Shown here: positions 11,818 through 24,070 of the stretch, one piece after another
Layout: each line of letters opens with the position of its first letter
Position numbering within the stretch: position 1 is the first letter of the stretch
Origin: Octopus sinensis
Lineage: Eukaryota
Direction of reading: 5' to 3'
NCBI RefSeq assembly: GCF_006345805.1
Contig: NC_043003.1
Coordinates: 66,030,001 to 66,094,000 of the forward strand
Length of the DNA: 64,000 bases
Notes under the pieces: model-generated
Database searches by the model: none
The model's input: the letters and a program-made list of their open reading frames with translations, nothing else
Told to the model about the DNA's origin: nothing
Position numbers and translations under genes: made by a program

Positions 11818-12651
11818 ATGCTTTAATCTTTGTTGTAAGGTTTATTTCGTTCTCTCTCTCCCTCTCCCTCTCTCTCACTCCTCTAGTCTTTCACTCCCTT
11901 TTTCTGTTTATGTATAAGAGCATATTTTTCTCTATGTGAACGGAGAGAGAAATTATTTATGTCAGTCATATTCAATTAATAAATTGCAATGAACTGTTGC
12001 GCTTCAGAACACAACGCATCCGCTCGCCGCCTGTCCAGGAACCAGCAATACGATCTTGCAATCTTCATTATAACAACATGACACAGGGGCCACGTATCTT
12101 CACATTCCAGCGCATTGTGGGTCTCAATATCTGGCAATACACAATTAAATATAATGTTGATAGAATGAATGAATGAATGTCATATGAGGAGACTAGACGC
12201 TGGACGGTGTCTTTGTTACTAAACCGGATGACTTTGTTTGCATGGAGTCTTAGCTTTATGAAATGATCTCATCTGACTAGCAGCTAACCTCCGAAATCAT
12301 TTAACCACAAACATTTAGTGCATGGTGCTATAATTCACCGATATGAAAATAAATTGAAGCTCAATAACAGAAAAAGAATTATTTACTGGGAATGTTCTAA
12401 ATTTAGTTACTTCAGAAAAATAAAGTTACCTGGTTTGTACTCGTCTTCCTGATACAGCGAGGCAGAGAGGGAGATAGTGAAAAAGTGAGCGCGAGAAAGT
12501 GAGAGAGAAAGAGAGAGAGAGGGGGGTATGTGTGTTTGTGTGTGAAAAAAGCAAGAAAAAAGCAATCATCTCTCATCAGAACGTTGCATCCTACGAAAAA
12601 TGGTGATAGCCATTATTCGAGAAGCCAGAAAGTGTCTATATAAGAAAAGTA

Positions 12652-12652
<1 letters not shown>

Positions 12653-12712
<60 letters not shown>

Positions 12713-12839
12713 CGTAAAGAAGGGGAGGAAAGCAGAAGAAGAAGAAGAAGAAGAAGAAGAAGAAGAAGAAGAAGAAGAAGAAGAAGAAGAAGAAGAAGAA
12801 GAAGAAGAAGAAGAATAAGAAGAAGAAGAAGAAGAAGAA
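12653..12839. repeat. (AAT)n followed by (GAA)n microsatellites
   Basis: Direct reading. Confidence 0.95.
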
Positions 12840-13092
12840 TCTATTATCGATATAATGCAGTGCATTCACGGGGAAAAGAATTTTTGCATGAATCTACTCA
12901 AGCAAAAGAAAAAAAAAAAAGTTGCGCAGAGCAGACAGATCAATAGTTACTTTATTAACACATAATATAACATCGGGCACCGGCCATCCCGAGCGCAGAC
13001 TATTCATTTTACAGTTATATGACATATGCTACAATTGTATGGAAGATAGCCACTTAGCTATAAGCACAGTTATGGTTTAAATGATAGATATA

Positions 13093-13096
<4 letters not shown>

Positions 13097-13173
<77 letters not shown>

Positions 13174-13422
13174 TTGTGTGTGTGTATGTATGTATGTATG
13201 TATGTGTGTATATATATCGATTTTAGAACAGATCGAATGGATAATAATTCAAGGAAGTGCTAAATATGTTGAGTAAGATGGGTCGATAATACTTTTATGA
13301 GACAGGTGATGATTGAGGTCTGTACAATTGTTTAAACACATTTTATGCATTTCTCGAAATACCTTTGAAGGTAAAGAAAATGGTATGGAAACAATAACCA
13401 GTTGAACTAAAATTACGCACAA

Positions 13423-13460
<38 letters not shown>

Positions 13461-13785
13461 CTAGAGAAAAGGTTGAAAATGCATTAAATTTTTATATATA
13501 ATTTTTTTCATTCATTTTGCTTAAACCAAGATGAACTTTTAAATATAAAGGGTAAATAGTTTTCTTCTGTGTATGTAAACAAAAGTAAATAAATACATGT
13601 ATCTATGTCTCCGCCACCACCGTTTGACAATTGGTGTTGGTGTGTTTATGACTTTGGAACATCTGAGGTTCGGCAAATAGCTATCGACAGAATAAACACC
13701 AAGCTTAAAATAATAATAAATACATGAATCGGTAATTTAGCCTCGTTACTATACCAACAGTCCGGATACTTATTGATCAAACTAC

Positions 13786-13839
<54 letters not shown>

Positions 13840-13876
13840 ATTTAAAGGTAATGCTATACACTTCGTAATAATCCTT

Positions 13877-13917
<41 letters not shown>

Positions 13918-13922
13918 ATGTT

Positions 13923-13953
<31 letters not shown>

Positions 13954-14168
13954 GTATATATATCGATTTTAGAACAGATCGAATGGATAATAATTCAAGG
14001 AAGTGCTAAATATGTTGAGTAAGATGGGTCGATAATACTTTTATGAGACAGGTGATGATTGAGGTCTGTACAATTGTTTAAACACATTTTATGCATTTCT
14101 CGAAATACCTTTGAAGGTAAAGAAAATGGTATGGAAACAATAACCAGTTGAACTAAAATTACGCACAA

Positions 14169-14202
<34 letters not shown>

Positions 14203-14529
14203 CTAGAGAAAAGGTTGAAAATGCATTAAATTTTTATATATAATTTTTTTCATTCATTTTGCTTAAACCAAGATGAACTTTTAAATATAAAGGGTAAATA
14301 GTTTTCTTCTGTGTATGTAAACAAAAGTAAATAAATACATGTATCTATGTCTCCGCCACCACCGTTTGACAATTGGTGTTGTGGTGTGTTTATGACTTTG
14401 GAACATCTGAGGTTCGGCAAATAGCTATCGACAGAATAAACACCAAGCTTAAAATAATAATAAATACATGAATCGGTAATTTAGCCTCGTTACTATACCA
14501 ACAGTCCGGATACTTATTGATCAAACTAC

Positions 14530-14575
<46 letters not shown>

Positions 14576-14621
14576 TATATAAAGATTTAAAGGTAATGCT
14601 ATACACTTCGTAATAATCCTT

Positions 14622-14662
<41 letters not shown>
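13097..14662. repeat. Near-identical tandem duplication, period about 746 bp, with junctions in (TA)n(TG)n
   Basis: CGATTTTAGAACAGATCG at 13218 and 13964; AAAGATTTAAAGGTAATGC...ATCCTTTA ends near 13878 and 14623. Confidence 0.95.
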
Positions 14663-14734
14663 ATAATGCAGGGCGTGGCGTATAATCCCCGTCTAAACTC
14701 AATGTCGCCAACATTCCTCGGGTAATCAACAATA

Positions 14735-15130
14735 CTCGATGAATGTCACGTACAAAGCGGTGTTCCGTTCCAGTGAATGTTCGATGATTATTCGAAATGT
14801 GGTTATCTCATCTGTGCATGATATCTCCTATCAGAAACCAGATAGTTCATTTCGTTAAAATCTTCCCCTTCATCTTTCATCCTTTCAAGAAACGCCCGGT
14901 TAAACTTCTTTCCTGCGATAGAAAGGAATGTGGTCTTCCTGTAAGCATAGTCCTTTATGTTGTCTTCCTTTTAAGCTTCGAGGAAATGACCACGTTTACA
15001 GTTTTATAATAGCATCTCTGTATCCCATTTCTACTTCAGAGTTGTTACAGTCCGTGCTACTGTAGCATCTAACCAATATCCAAAAATGTTTGGCAGAATT
15101 TAAGATAGTATATTATTCGAAATTTTACTG
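14735..15130 (-). pseudogene. Degenerate RTE-clade reverse transcriptase fragment
   Basis: Minus-strand peptides TTFLSIAGKKFNRAFLERMKD and SGF**EISCTDEITTFRIIIEHSLERNTALYVTFIEY match the N-terminal RT motifs of RTE LINEs, with frameshifts. Confidence 0.8.
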
Positions 15131-15181
15131 AAGTTTCAATGCGTGGCATGAGTAGCCTCTCTCCTAATGTTTCTATATATT

Positions 15182-15368
15182 AAGGCGGCGAGCTCGCAGA
15201 ATCGTTAGCACGGCTGGCAAAGTGCTTGGCGGCATTCGTCTGTCTTTACGTCCTGTGTTCAAATTCTTCCGAGGTCGACTTCATCTTTCGTCCTTTTGGG
15301 ATCGATCAAATAAGTACAAGCTGAGCACTTTGTTGGAAATATTGGTGGCCTTGTTCCAAAATATGATA
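15182..15368 (+). mobile_element. SINE-B
   Basis: AAGGCGGCGAGCTCGCAGAATCGTTAGCACG...GAGGTCGACTT...GGCCTTGTTCC. Confidence 0.85.
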
Positions 15369-16059
15369 GGAATATTTCCAAATATGCATTATTGCATGAC
15401 ATTCGTTCGCTTAAACGGCTTGAGACTATGTTCATTGATCGTCTATCTCTAATTGGAACACGGACTTGTCTTAAATCTTATTACTTCTCCCAATGCGTCC
15501 ACTGGTGTATAACAATAACATTTTTGTTAAAACACAGGCATATTGCACTCAGTTGATGTTTTATGTTGTTGTTCAACCTCAAGTCAAGGTTTTCTATATG
15601 AAGAGACATTTTCTCCTGAACATACAGTGTATTTCTATGTTTAAGCCTATTGGGTTTTCAGATAAATTCGTTTGCCTTTATTCTAGTTGGCTTCCTGTCG
15701 TCATATGTCTGAGATAAGCAAAAGTTATTTAAATTCTAAAAACGATAAACATTAGTTGTAAAATAAGACAAAAGCAACAAAAATTCATAAAACCACTAAG
15801 AAAAATAGTTTTCGTATTCATTTAATTAACATCGGAAATGATCAAAATAGATGGAGAAAAAATTTAACTAGCAACCGAAAGTGGGTATGGAGAGATGGGA
15901 GAGAATTTCGACGTTGTAATTAACAACACGTAAACGACAACTCGTTATTCCATGAGCCTTCACAGTCAGTTTAAGATGCCAGCACACTTGCATCTATATC
16001 AGTTCTGAGGTGACCATCATTAGATGACAATTGGTATATCTATTTTTTTCTTTATCGTT

Positions 16060-16304
16060 TATCTTTTGCTTGCTTTTGTTGTTAGATTGCGGCCATACTG
16101 GGGCACCACATTGAAGGATTTTAGTTGAATGAATCGATCCCCAGTACTTATTCAATCGATGGCTTTTGCTGAACAGTAAAGTTAATGGAACGTAGACTCA
16201 CCAACAACGGTCATGAAGCAGTGGTAGAGGCACAGACACGGACACAAATAACAAACACACAAACATACAAACATACACACAGGCGCACATACACACACGC
16301 GCAC

Positions 16305-16363
<59 letters not shown>

Positions 16364-16838
16364 TGTTCCTTCTCGAGCCATGCCTGGCTCATTACGGCCG
16401 GTTTCCCGGTTTCCTTGGCGAATAGGTTACCCACCTGGACGGGACGCCGGTCCCTCGCAAGTGAGCTGCAAGATGTAGGAGGAAAGAGTGTGAGAAAGTT
16501 GTGCCGAAAGAGTCAGCAGATGTTTCGCCATTACCTTCTGCCGGAGCCGCGTTGAGCTTAGGTGTTTCGCTCATAAACACACACATCGCCCGGTCTGAGA
16601 TTCGAACCCGTGATTCCTCGACCGCGAGTCCACTAGGCCATGGCCTCCACACACGCACGCACACACACATACATACACACACACATATACACACGCACAC
16701 ACACACACACACACGAACACACACACACATATACATATACACGTAAACATGCACTCACCCTAGATACCACGGTCTGGGAATGAACCCGGATCTTGTGGCT
16801 GGAAAGCAAACTTGTTATTATACGGGCACGCATACGTC
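16060..16838 (-). mobile_element. Old SINE-A split by a SINE-D insertion in its internal microsatellite
   Basis: 3' half at 16060-16260 (GCGGCCATACTGGGGCACC); partial head at 16755-16838 (GAACCCGGATCTTGTGG). Confidence 0.65.
16357..16650 (-). mobile_element. SINE-D
   Basis: Collinear with 9458-9756; tail TTCCTTCTCGAGCCATGCCTGGCTCAT; small deletion in the head. Confidence 0.9.
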
Positions 16839-17616
16839 AGTCAATTCTATGTTTAACATCGAATTAATATTTGTATGAAATAATCCATGACAATTCAAGA
16901 AATCTTTTCACTAGGAACAGCCCAAGCGTTTACCTGTGATATCATAATACGTTTTAGCTCTGTGTCTCCAGGATGGAAGTTAAAATTCTTTCAGTTTTGA
17001 GCAGATGTTTTCTTCTTTAGAGCGTCGAAGATGAATATCACATTGAGAACTAACAGTAGCCTTCTGACTTCATCTGAACACACGATTGCTTTTCATATTT
17101 TTACGAATATACCATCTATAAACCATCGAAATACCAGTAGCTATTACTAATATCAATGGCCGTACGACTGCACCTGGGCTCACTTATTTTGAATATGTTG
17201 ACATTTTTAAAAGTCAACATTTGTCGACAATGATGTAACTTACATTCGTTAAACCATCATATATTCGTTACGACTATTACAAACAATAATGATTCTTACA
17301 AATCTTACAAGTTATTACAAGTCTTAGTCAAATTCTTCAAATGCAGCCTGTATCTAGTGATGAAATCAGAAAAAAAAAACAAATAATTATGTACGTTGGC
17401 GCAAGAGAGGTCGTGTGGTAAAAAGCTTACTTCCCAACTACATGGTTGCAAGTTTAATCCTACTGCGTGGCACCTTGGACAAGTGTCATAGGGCCAGCCA
17501 AAACATTGTGAGTGAATTTGGTAGTCGGAAACTGAAAGAAGCCTATCGTATAAATATATATATATATATACGGAGCAAATAATTCAGGAGAATTTTAATT
17601 CTTCATATATATATAT

Positions 17617-17799
17617 ATGGGGCGAATTCACAAAAAAAGACAAAAACAGGTGGTATAGACAACAACAAGATGTATTAGTTTAACGCTCGGGGAGTGAAAG
17701 AGTCTTTAACGTTTCGGGCCCATGCTCTTCTACAGAAAGGAACACAGAAAAAAACCAAGGAGAGAAAATAAAGAACGTATAGTGGCTAGGGATCTATCA

Positions 17800-17800
<1 letters not shown>
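17617..17800 (-). mobile_element. (TA)n-embedded Penelope pLTR-like mini-element with hammerhead-like motif
   Basis: Minus strand CTTT-CTGTAGA-A-GAGCatggGCCC-GAAACGTT-AAAG; related to 28860-29010. Confidence 0.6.
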
Positions 17801-17840
<40 letters not shown>

Positions 17841-17879
17841 AGAAAGTGAGAGAGGGGAGGGAGAGAGAGAGAGAGGGGC

Positions 17880-18003
17880 CTATATGGGTACAGGACGTCA
17901 GAAACCGAAAACAAGTGAGTTAAATACGCAAACAATGAGAGAAACAAATGTAAAACAGGACAAGTAACATAAAGAACGACCCATCATCAGTTGTCGGCTG
18001 TCC
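17880..18003 (-). mobile_element. Second pLTR-like fragment
   Basis: Minus strand GACAACTGATGATGGGTCG followed by a T-rich tail running into (TA)n; family assignment is inference. Confidence 0.35.
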
Positions 18004-18307
18004 ATCATCCTCGTTCACATTTATTCACTTTCGTCTGTCCACTCTCTTTTGTTTTGTTTCGTTTGTTCTCGCCCCCATATTCTCCTCAAATTTTTGCGGG
18101 AACCGCCAGGATGGGAAGCTCTCAGTTTTATCATTAATGGTGCGAAACTGATTGCTACCAATTGGTTGAAAACTGATGAAGAATTAGGGACCGTCTGTGC
18201 CTCTCTCCCGTCCGTTTGAAGACTCAGTATGTCATTTGCTTATTTACCATACATTTTTCATTCATGTACACTAACACACACACATACACACATATATGTA
18301 TATGTAC

Positions 18308-18366
<59 letters not shown>

Positions 18367-18725
18367 GTATGTATGTGTGTGTATGTATGTGTGTCTGTGT
18401 TTCTTCACCACTACCACCAGACAATCGGTGTTATTGTGTTTACGTCTCCATGACGTAACGGTTCGGCAAAATACAATTGTACCAGGCTTTAAAAATAAGA
18501 AGTCCTGGTATCGAATTGTTCATCTAAAACCCTTCAAAGCAGCGCCCCAGCATGGCCGCAGTCAAATGACTGAAACATCCAAACGATAAAGTTTAAAGAG
18601 ACATTCAATTACTCTCGTACCTTTCAACTTATTCCCAAACCACGAAGTCAAAGCCTCTTTTCCGCTAATTATTCTGAGAATGCCTTCACACACACTAGTT
18701 TCACAAGCTGAGCAGGGATTCTAGT

Positions 18726-18944
18726 ATATTCGTTTCTACTCAAGGCACAAGACCCGAAAATTTTGGGAAGTGGGCCAGTGGATTAGATCGACCCCCAGTA
18801 TGCAACTGATACTTAATTTATCGATCCCGAAAGGATCAAATGCAAAGTCAACCTCGGGGGAATAGGACTTAGAATGTAAAGACAGATGAAATATCGCTAA
18901 TCATTTCGCCCGGAGTACTAACGTTTCTGCCAGTTCGCCGCCTT
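18726..18944 (-). mobile_element. SINE-B (GGCCTTGTGCC-type tail)
   Basis: AAGGCACAAGACCCGAAAATTTT...GATTAGATCGACCCC...GTTCGCCGCCTT. Confidence 0.88.
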
Positions 18945-19031
18945 ATGTATTTTAGTATATTGCCACGAATCCGTAGTTGCATATGATGCGAGAAAGCTTT
19001 TGAACGAGATAGAACGTGTACATTATAACCC

Positions 19032-19262
19032 GTGAAAACGTGTGGCCAAGTAGTTTGGCTGCAGCACTCAGGATCGCTATATCATGGTTTCGATTCCCAG
19101 ACCTGGCGGTGCGATGTTTTCTCAAGCAAAACATATCATTTCACGCTGCTCCAATATCGCTTTCGATAAGAGGTGATGGGGTGATGTTGACCTATCACCT
19201 AGCCAGTAGGGTGGCATCATTTGAAGGCTGAAACGATGCTGCAAAACGCATTGTGTCTAGTG
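19032..19262 (+). mobile_element. SINE-F head and core with a distinct 3' module
   Basis: GGTTTCGATTCCCAGACCTGGCG...AAGCAAAACA..ATTTCACGCTGCTCCA followed by an unrelated tail. Confidence 0.65.
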
Positions 19263-20222
19263 ATCACGAAAGAAAAGATTTTATAATAAAACAAGGTATC
19301 ATAATCTAGTACATTATGTCTCTCCAGAAAGGCGGTGAGTTTCCCTCTGACAAAACAAGAACGCAGATAGAACGTTTACTACATAAAGTACTTTGGCACA
19401 CTTTGTCAGTCTTGTTAAATTTAAAATAATTATCAAAAGTATTATGAACATGACCAACCATATTGTTTTCAGTTGTATTAAAACATTATGTTGAAACTAA
19501 TGGATGACAACATTACTATGTCAAACGGTTTATGAACGCCTTAAAGGAACCATCTCTCTCATTTCTGTTGTCCCTCTCCTTTAATTCATATCGTTATGGA
19601 TATTATGAATATATAATACGTTATTTGAGGTTTTGGAGTACAATCGACATCCAATGAATCAATAGCAAATTATATCTGACAAAGTTTTGAATGATTTTAG
19701 GATATTCAGGAAAGTGTCAAGCCGTTAACATAATCCAGGATTATTTTATCCTTTACATACATTAACACCTTCATTAATACAGATCTAACTGATTAATGCC
19801 AATTCTCCATGCATAATTACTGAGTTAACGAATGCGTCTTTGATGGCTTATTTAGTGCAATATTCACCTAGAGGGTAATAAAAACACTAATCGCTAATTA
19901 GATATTTCACTTTCTCTTTGAAAACCTGCTGGAAATTGTGCCACGTACTTCAAAGTATATAACTTAAATATGTTCTCTTCTGTTTTTAATTATTTAACTG
20001 GTTTCTCTGAGGAAGGAGCTGGTGTCTAATGAAGATACAACTCTCCATCGCAGGAATGTAGATAATGAAAACAATGTCACATATTAAACATGCATATTTT
20101 ACTGCTCCACTTCCAGGTTGTATTTGTAATGTGCGAGTTTGTTAGCTGATCTCTTTTTCTGAGAAATTGAAGCTTACCTACACTATGCATTTATGTATGT
20201 ATGTATGTATGTATGTATGTAT

Positions 20223-20425
20223 GCAGTGTATGCCAGAAAGTTTGCAAATACAACGGAGGCCTTAAAAGACATGTTAAGTTCCACAAAGAGCAGAACGTAT
20301 ATGCAGGCCTTGGTGGTCCAAATCAAAGGTGCAATCTATGTGGGTGTCTTTACAGACCATTGTCTGGTTTAAAATAAGCCACATCAGATGCCATGATAGT
20401 GCTCAGGTGTAGGTACAGGAAGTGG
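20223..20425. mobile_element. Possible Tc1-type terminal fragment
   Basis: CAGTGTATGCCAGAAAGTTTGCAAATAC resembles Tc1 TIR starts; no partner TIR seen. Confidence 0.3.
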
Positions 20426-20887
20426 TCAAACTCTGGATAAGGAGTAGATAACCACTATGTATGTATGTATGTATGTATGTGTGTATATGGTAAATGAAAA
20501 TCGAAAGAAATTGTTATTAATCACGACAATTGTTTCGACACACCTAGCAACGACCCCCACGAGTGAGACATTTAATAATTGGTTCAGGTACATCTCGTGT
20601 TTTTTTTTTTTTTCATTTTTCACCGGGTGATAAAGATAAACAACTAGTCAAAATAAAATGATCAGTGTTTGTAAAATTAACACGCAACAACACACTTTCT
20701 GATATGTTAATAGTCAATACCAACATTATTATCTCTTCTCTCCCACGCGTTATTCATAGTTTATTGAGAAATTATTACTGATTGAAGATAACAAGAAATT
20801 GAATCGAACTATATAAAAGTCGGGTAATTGTGTGTACGAATCTATATCGAATAAACCAGAGCAAGTTAATTTGCTAAACAAATATGT

Positions 20888-21050
20888 AAGGCGTAGGCTT
20901 CGCTATGTGGTGGAGTCGCTCACTTTGCAACCTAGTAGTTTCGGGTTCAATCCCATTACGGGAAACCTTGGCTAAGTACTTTATATCATAGCCATGGGCC
21001 GATTAATTATTTGTGAAAGAAATTAGTAGCGGCATCTGCCTGTCGTATAT
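20888..21050 (+). mobile_element. Old SINE-A 5' half
   Basis: TTTCGGGTTCAATCCCA...ACCTTGGCTAAGT...CTGTCGTATAT. Confidence 0.65.
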
Positions 21051-21084
21051 GTATATATATATATGTGTGTGTGTGTGCGTGTGT

Positions 21085-21255
21085 ATACAAAATAGGATAA
21101 ATTTTTCAAAAAATTTTATCTGTGGCCAGCATATTAAAAAATATTTTTTAAGGTGAAAATTATAAACAACTTATAAATAAGGGCAAAAGAAAAGAAATTC
21201 CAATGCCAAATATGCCGAGGATAGACTTTAAATCGTCAATAACCACATATAATTT
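21085..21255. mobile_element. Unclassified microsatellite-associated repeat; related copies at 27480-27635 and partly 22560-22625
   Basis: Shared GTGGCCA(G/A)CATAT.AAAAATAT.TTTTAA.GTGAA.ATTATAAA...AAATAA.GGC.AAAGAAAA. Confidence 0.7.
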
Positions 21256-21257
21256 GT

Positions 21258-21392
<135 letters not shown>

Positions 21393-21422
21393 TAAACATA
21401 TATATATACATATACATACACG

Positions 21423-21483
<61 letters not shown>

Positions 21484-21489
21484 ATATAT

Positions 21490-22212
21490 ACCTAAAAGAG
21501 CTCCGGAAGCTCCAATACTGACATTTCAAAGTGTCTGGCTGTCAATCTGAGGACGGTGCAATCTGAAGACATGTACTGAATGAGATAAAAATCAATCATC
21601 CAGTCAATATCATGGTGTTTGGAGTGACGACTAGTGATGGCGACGTTATGCTTCCCCTCATCCCACACGGCTTCAGACACAACACTGAGGTCTACATCAA
21701 GTGACTGCAGAAGGTAGTGCCCTGGATCAAGAAGGTGCCCTGTGTCAAGACGGTGGCTACTGGAAGACTCTATGTCTGGCGAAAGGATTCTGCCCCATGG
21801 CTCACAAGCAGAAGAATCTAGTCTTGGCTATCAGAGAATTTCTGCGACCACATCATCCCAAACATTTGGCTACCAAACTCCCCAGACTTGCAACCCCCTT
21901 GATTATTATATGTAGGGCGCAGTTGATCGAGAGACCTACCAAACTCCTTGTAATACCAAAGATGTACTGAATGCCAGGGCTGTGGCAGCATTCACCACCT
22001 TAAACAAGGAGTCCGTCGAGAAGATTTGCAGGAGATTCCGAAGTCTTTTGGAGACCGTGGTTGAAGCCAGTGATGATTTTATTGAATAAATTTTCTCTTT
22101 AGTATTTCAAAATATTTTAATGTAATTTTGGTAAATATATCTGTTAAAATGAGATGTCAGTGTATTTTTTCCAATTTTGAGTAATTTAGTTGACAGTATA
22201 TTCACCGAAACC
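21490..22212 (+). mobile_element. Internally deleted Tc1/mariner DD37D (maT-type) transposon remnant
   Basis: N-terminal HTH piece SNTDISKCLAVNLRTVQ; catalytic KDSAP...WLPNSPDCNPLD with 37 residues between the Asp residues after one frameshift correction; C-terminal CRRFRSLLETVVEASDDFIE*. Confidence 0.82.
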
Positions 22213-22402
22213 TATATATATATATAAAATTCAAATTAAGATGAAAGTAAACAAACAAACAAAGTTTTCTTTAGAAGCGTCGAGATGTCTTAGAAAGTTA
22301 AAGAAATAATTTGTTTTATTATTCTCGAACGCAGGATAATGCTAATAATATTGCATGAGCAGGATAAACTACTCCTTTTTTACAGAAAAAATTACTTATG
22401 TA

Positions 22403-22439
<37 letters not shown>

Positions 22440-22441
<2 letters not shown>

Positions 22442-22550
22442 TAATCCAAACAAGAAAACACAGAAAAAAAGAGTAAAAAACACAGCAACGCAGGACGTGG
22501 AACAATTAAAGTATTCTTGACGCTCAGGAAAGAAGGGAAGGAGGGTTTAT
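22440..22550 (-). mobile_element. (TA)n-embedded pLTR-like tail fragment; related copy at 60520-60615
   Basis: Shared CAACGC(A/GA)GGACGTGG(A/T)ACA...GACGC/GGCGC..AGGAA.GAA. Confidence 0.55.
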
Positions 22551-22649
22551 ATATATATATAATATCAGGGTCATAAAGATTTTAGAAATTTTTACTACTA
22601 GTGGCTTAGCGTATAGGAAAATTAGTCAATAGACTATATATTATTCATA

Positions 22650-22780
22650 TAAAATACAGCGTACATTTAAACACATTAAGAGGTATCCATCATAGGACTC
22701 CCTGATGCTGTTTCTTTTAGCGTAATGGAGTCCTATGATATATACCTCTTAATGTGTTTAAATCTACACTGTATTTATAT
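22650..22780. repeat. Foldback hairpin with about 50-bp arms and a 25-bp spacer
   Basis: AAATACAGCGTACATTTAAACACATTAAGAGGTATCCATCATAGGACTCC versus its inverted copy from 22727; 4 mismatches. Confidence 0.92.
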
Positions 22781-22781
22781 A

Positions 22782-22829
<48 letters not shown>

Positions 22830-22866
22830 AAAAAGGAGATGTGGAACACGAGTTGTGATATATAAA

Positions 22867-23551
22867 AAAAGGAAATGAAGAAAATGCTGACAAAATAATT
22901 TAAGTAAGGGAGAGTGTATTTAATTAGGTGAAAGTTCTTTTTTTAAACAAAAAAAGAGAAAAATTGGGTTAGAATACAATTTTCATTTTTTGTGAATGAT
23001 TTCAGTGTATAAGAAAAAAAGTAAGAGTCTTTTACAGTGTTCTGTTTCAGAATAAGATATTTAGTAAAAGCGTGTAATATACAGTTTTCTGTGGAAAAGT
23101 TCAATGTCACATTTCAGTGTAGAATAAAAAAAAAGTAAGAGTTTACCGGCTGCGCATTTGTTATGCTTATCAAAAGATATTTTGAGTGAGATAGAGTTTC
23201 TTTCTGATTGATTTGAGAAAAAAATCAATCAGAAAGGAACTCTATCTCACTCAAAATATCTTTTGATAAGCATAACAAATGCGCAACCGGTAAATTCTTA
23301 CTTTTTTTTTATTCTACACTGAAATCTGACATTGAACTTTTCCACAGAAAACTGTATATTACACGCTTTTACTAAATATCTTATTCTGAAACAGAACACT
23401 GTAAAAGACTCTTACTTTTTTTCTTATACACTGAAAAATCATTCACAAAAAATGAACATTGTATTCTAACCCAATTTTTCTCTTTTTTTGTTTAGAAAAA
23501 GAACTTTCACCTTACTTAAATTATTTTGTCAGCATTTTCTTCATTTCCTTT
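22867..23551. repeat. About 685-bp near-perfect palindrome (arms about 330-345 bp, 7-nt spacer) near (TA)n tracts
   Basis: Centre ...GATTGATTT-GAGAAAA-AAATCAATC...; arms differ by about 6 substitutions, small indels and one about 19-bp indel. Confidence 0.96.
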
Positions 23552-23586
23552 ATATATATATATATATAGTGTACTGTTTCGAAAAA

Positions 23587-23807
23587 TTAGCTTCAAAATC
23601 TGTCACAAAGTCAGCAAATTCGGGGGAGGGTTTAAGTAGATTACATCCTCCGCAGTAGTCAGCAGCTACAATTTTTTCCTCGACACCGAAAGGATGAAAG
23701 GCAAAATCGACATGGCCGGAATTTGAACTCAGCACCTAAAAAACGCACGAAATATCGTTAAGTCTTTTGCTCGTTGTGTTTAACAGTTGTGCCACCTCGC
23801 CGCCTTA
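23587..23807 (-). mobile_element. SINE-B
   Basis: CCGAAAGGATGAAAGGCAAAATCGAC..GGAATTTGAACTCAG...CTCGCCGCCTTA. Confidence 0.82.
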
Positions 23808-23859
23808 TCCTTGCGTTTTATTCAAATATACATTCGGTATGTATTTCGTGTGCATGTGT

Positions 23860-24070
23860 GTATGTGTGTATGTCTGTCAGTGCGTTGTGTCTTTGCTTGT
23901 TACGCCCACATCTTACCAGTCAACAACACATGTTGGTTTGTTTACGTCCTCGCAATTTTACGGTTGGCGAACAGACTTTACAAAAATAAGTACCGGCGTC
24001 GAGTTGTTCTGATAAAACCGTTAGAGGTGGTGCCCCAGTATGGCCGCAGTCCAATGACTGAAGCAAGTTA
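23860..24070 (+). mobile_element. Old SINE-A 3' half
   Basis: GTTTACGTCCTCGCAA...GGTGCCCCAGTATGGCCGCAGTCCAATGACTGAAGCAAG. Confidence 0.75.

Larger units (their letters stand above)
17397..18590 (+). mobile_element. SINE-A split by about 800 bp of inserts in its internal (TA)n
   Basis: 5' half at 17397-17550 (GGCACCTTGGACAAGTGTC); 3' half at about 18380-18590 (CAGCATGGCCGCAGTCAAATGACTGAAAC). Confidence 0.75.

Noticed and set aside
11990-12150. Possible host exon on the minus strand after TTGCCAG
   Set aside because: No recognisable protein, no convincing donor site and no partner exons
18172-18215. CTGATGA at about 18173 as a hammerhead
   Set aside because: No stem II or GAAAC box follows
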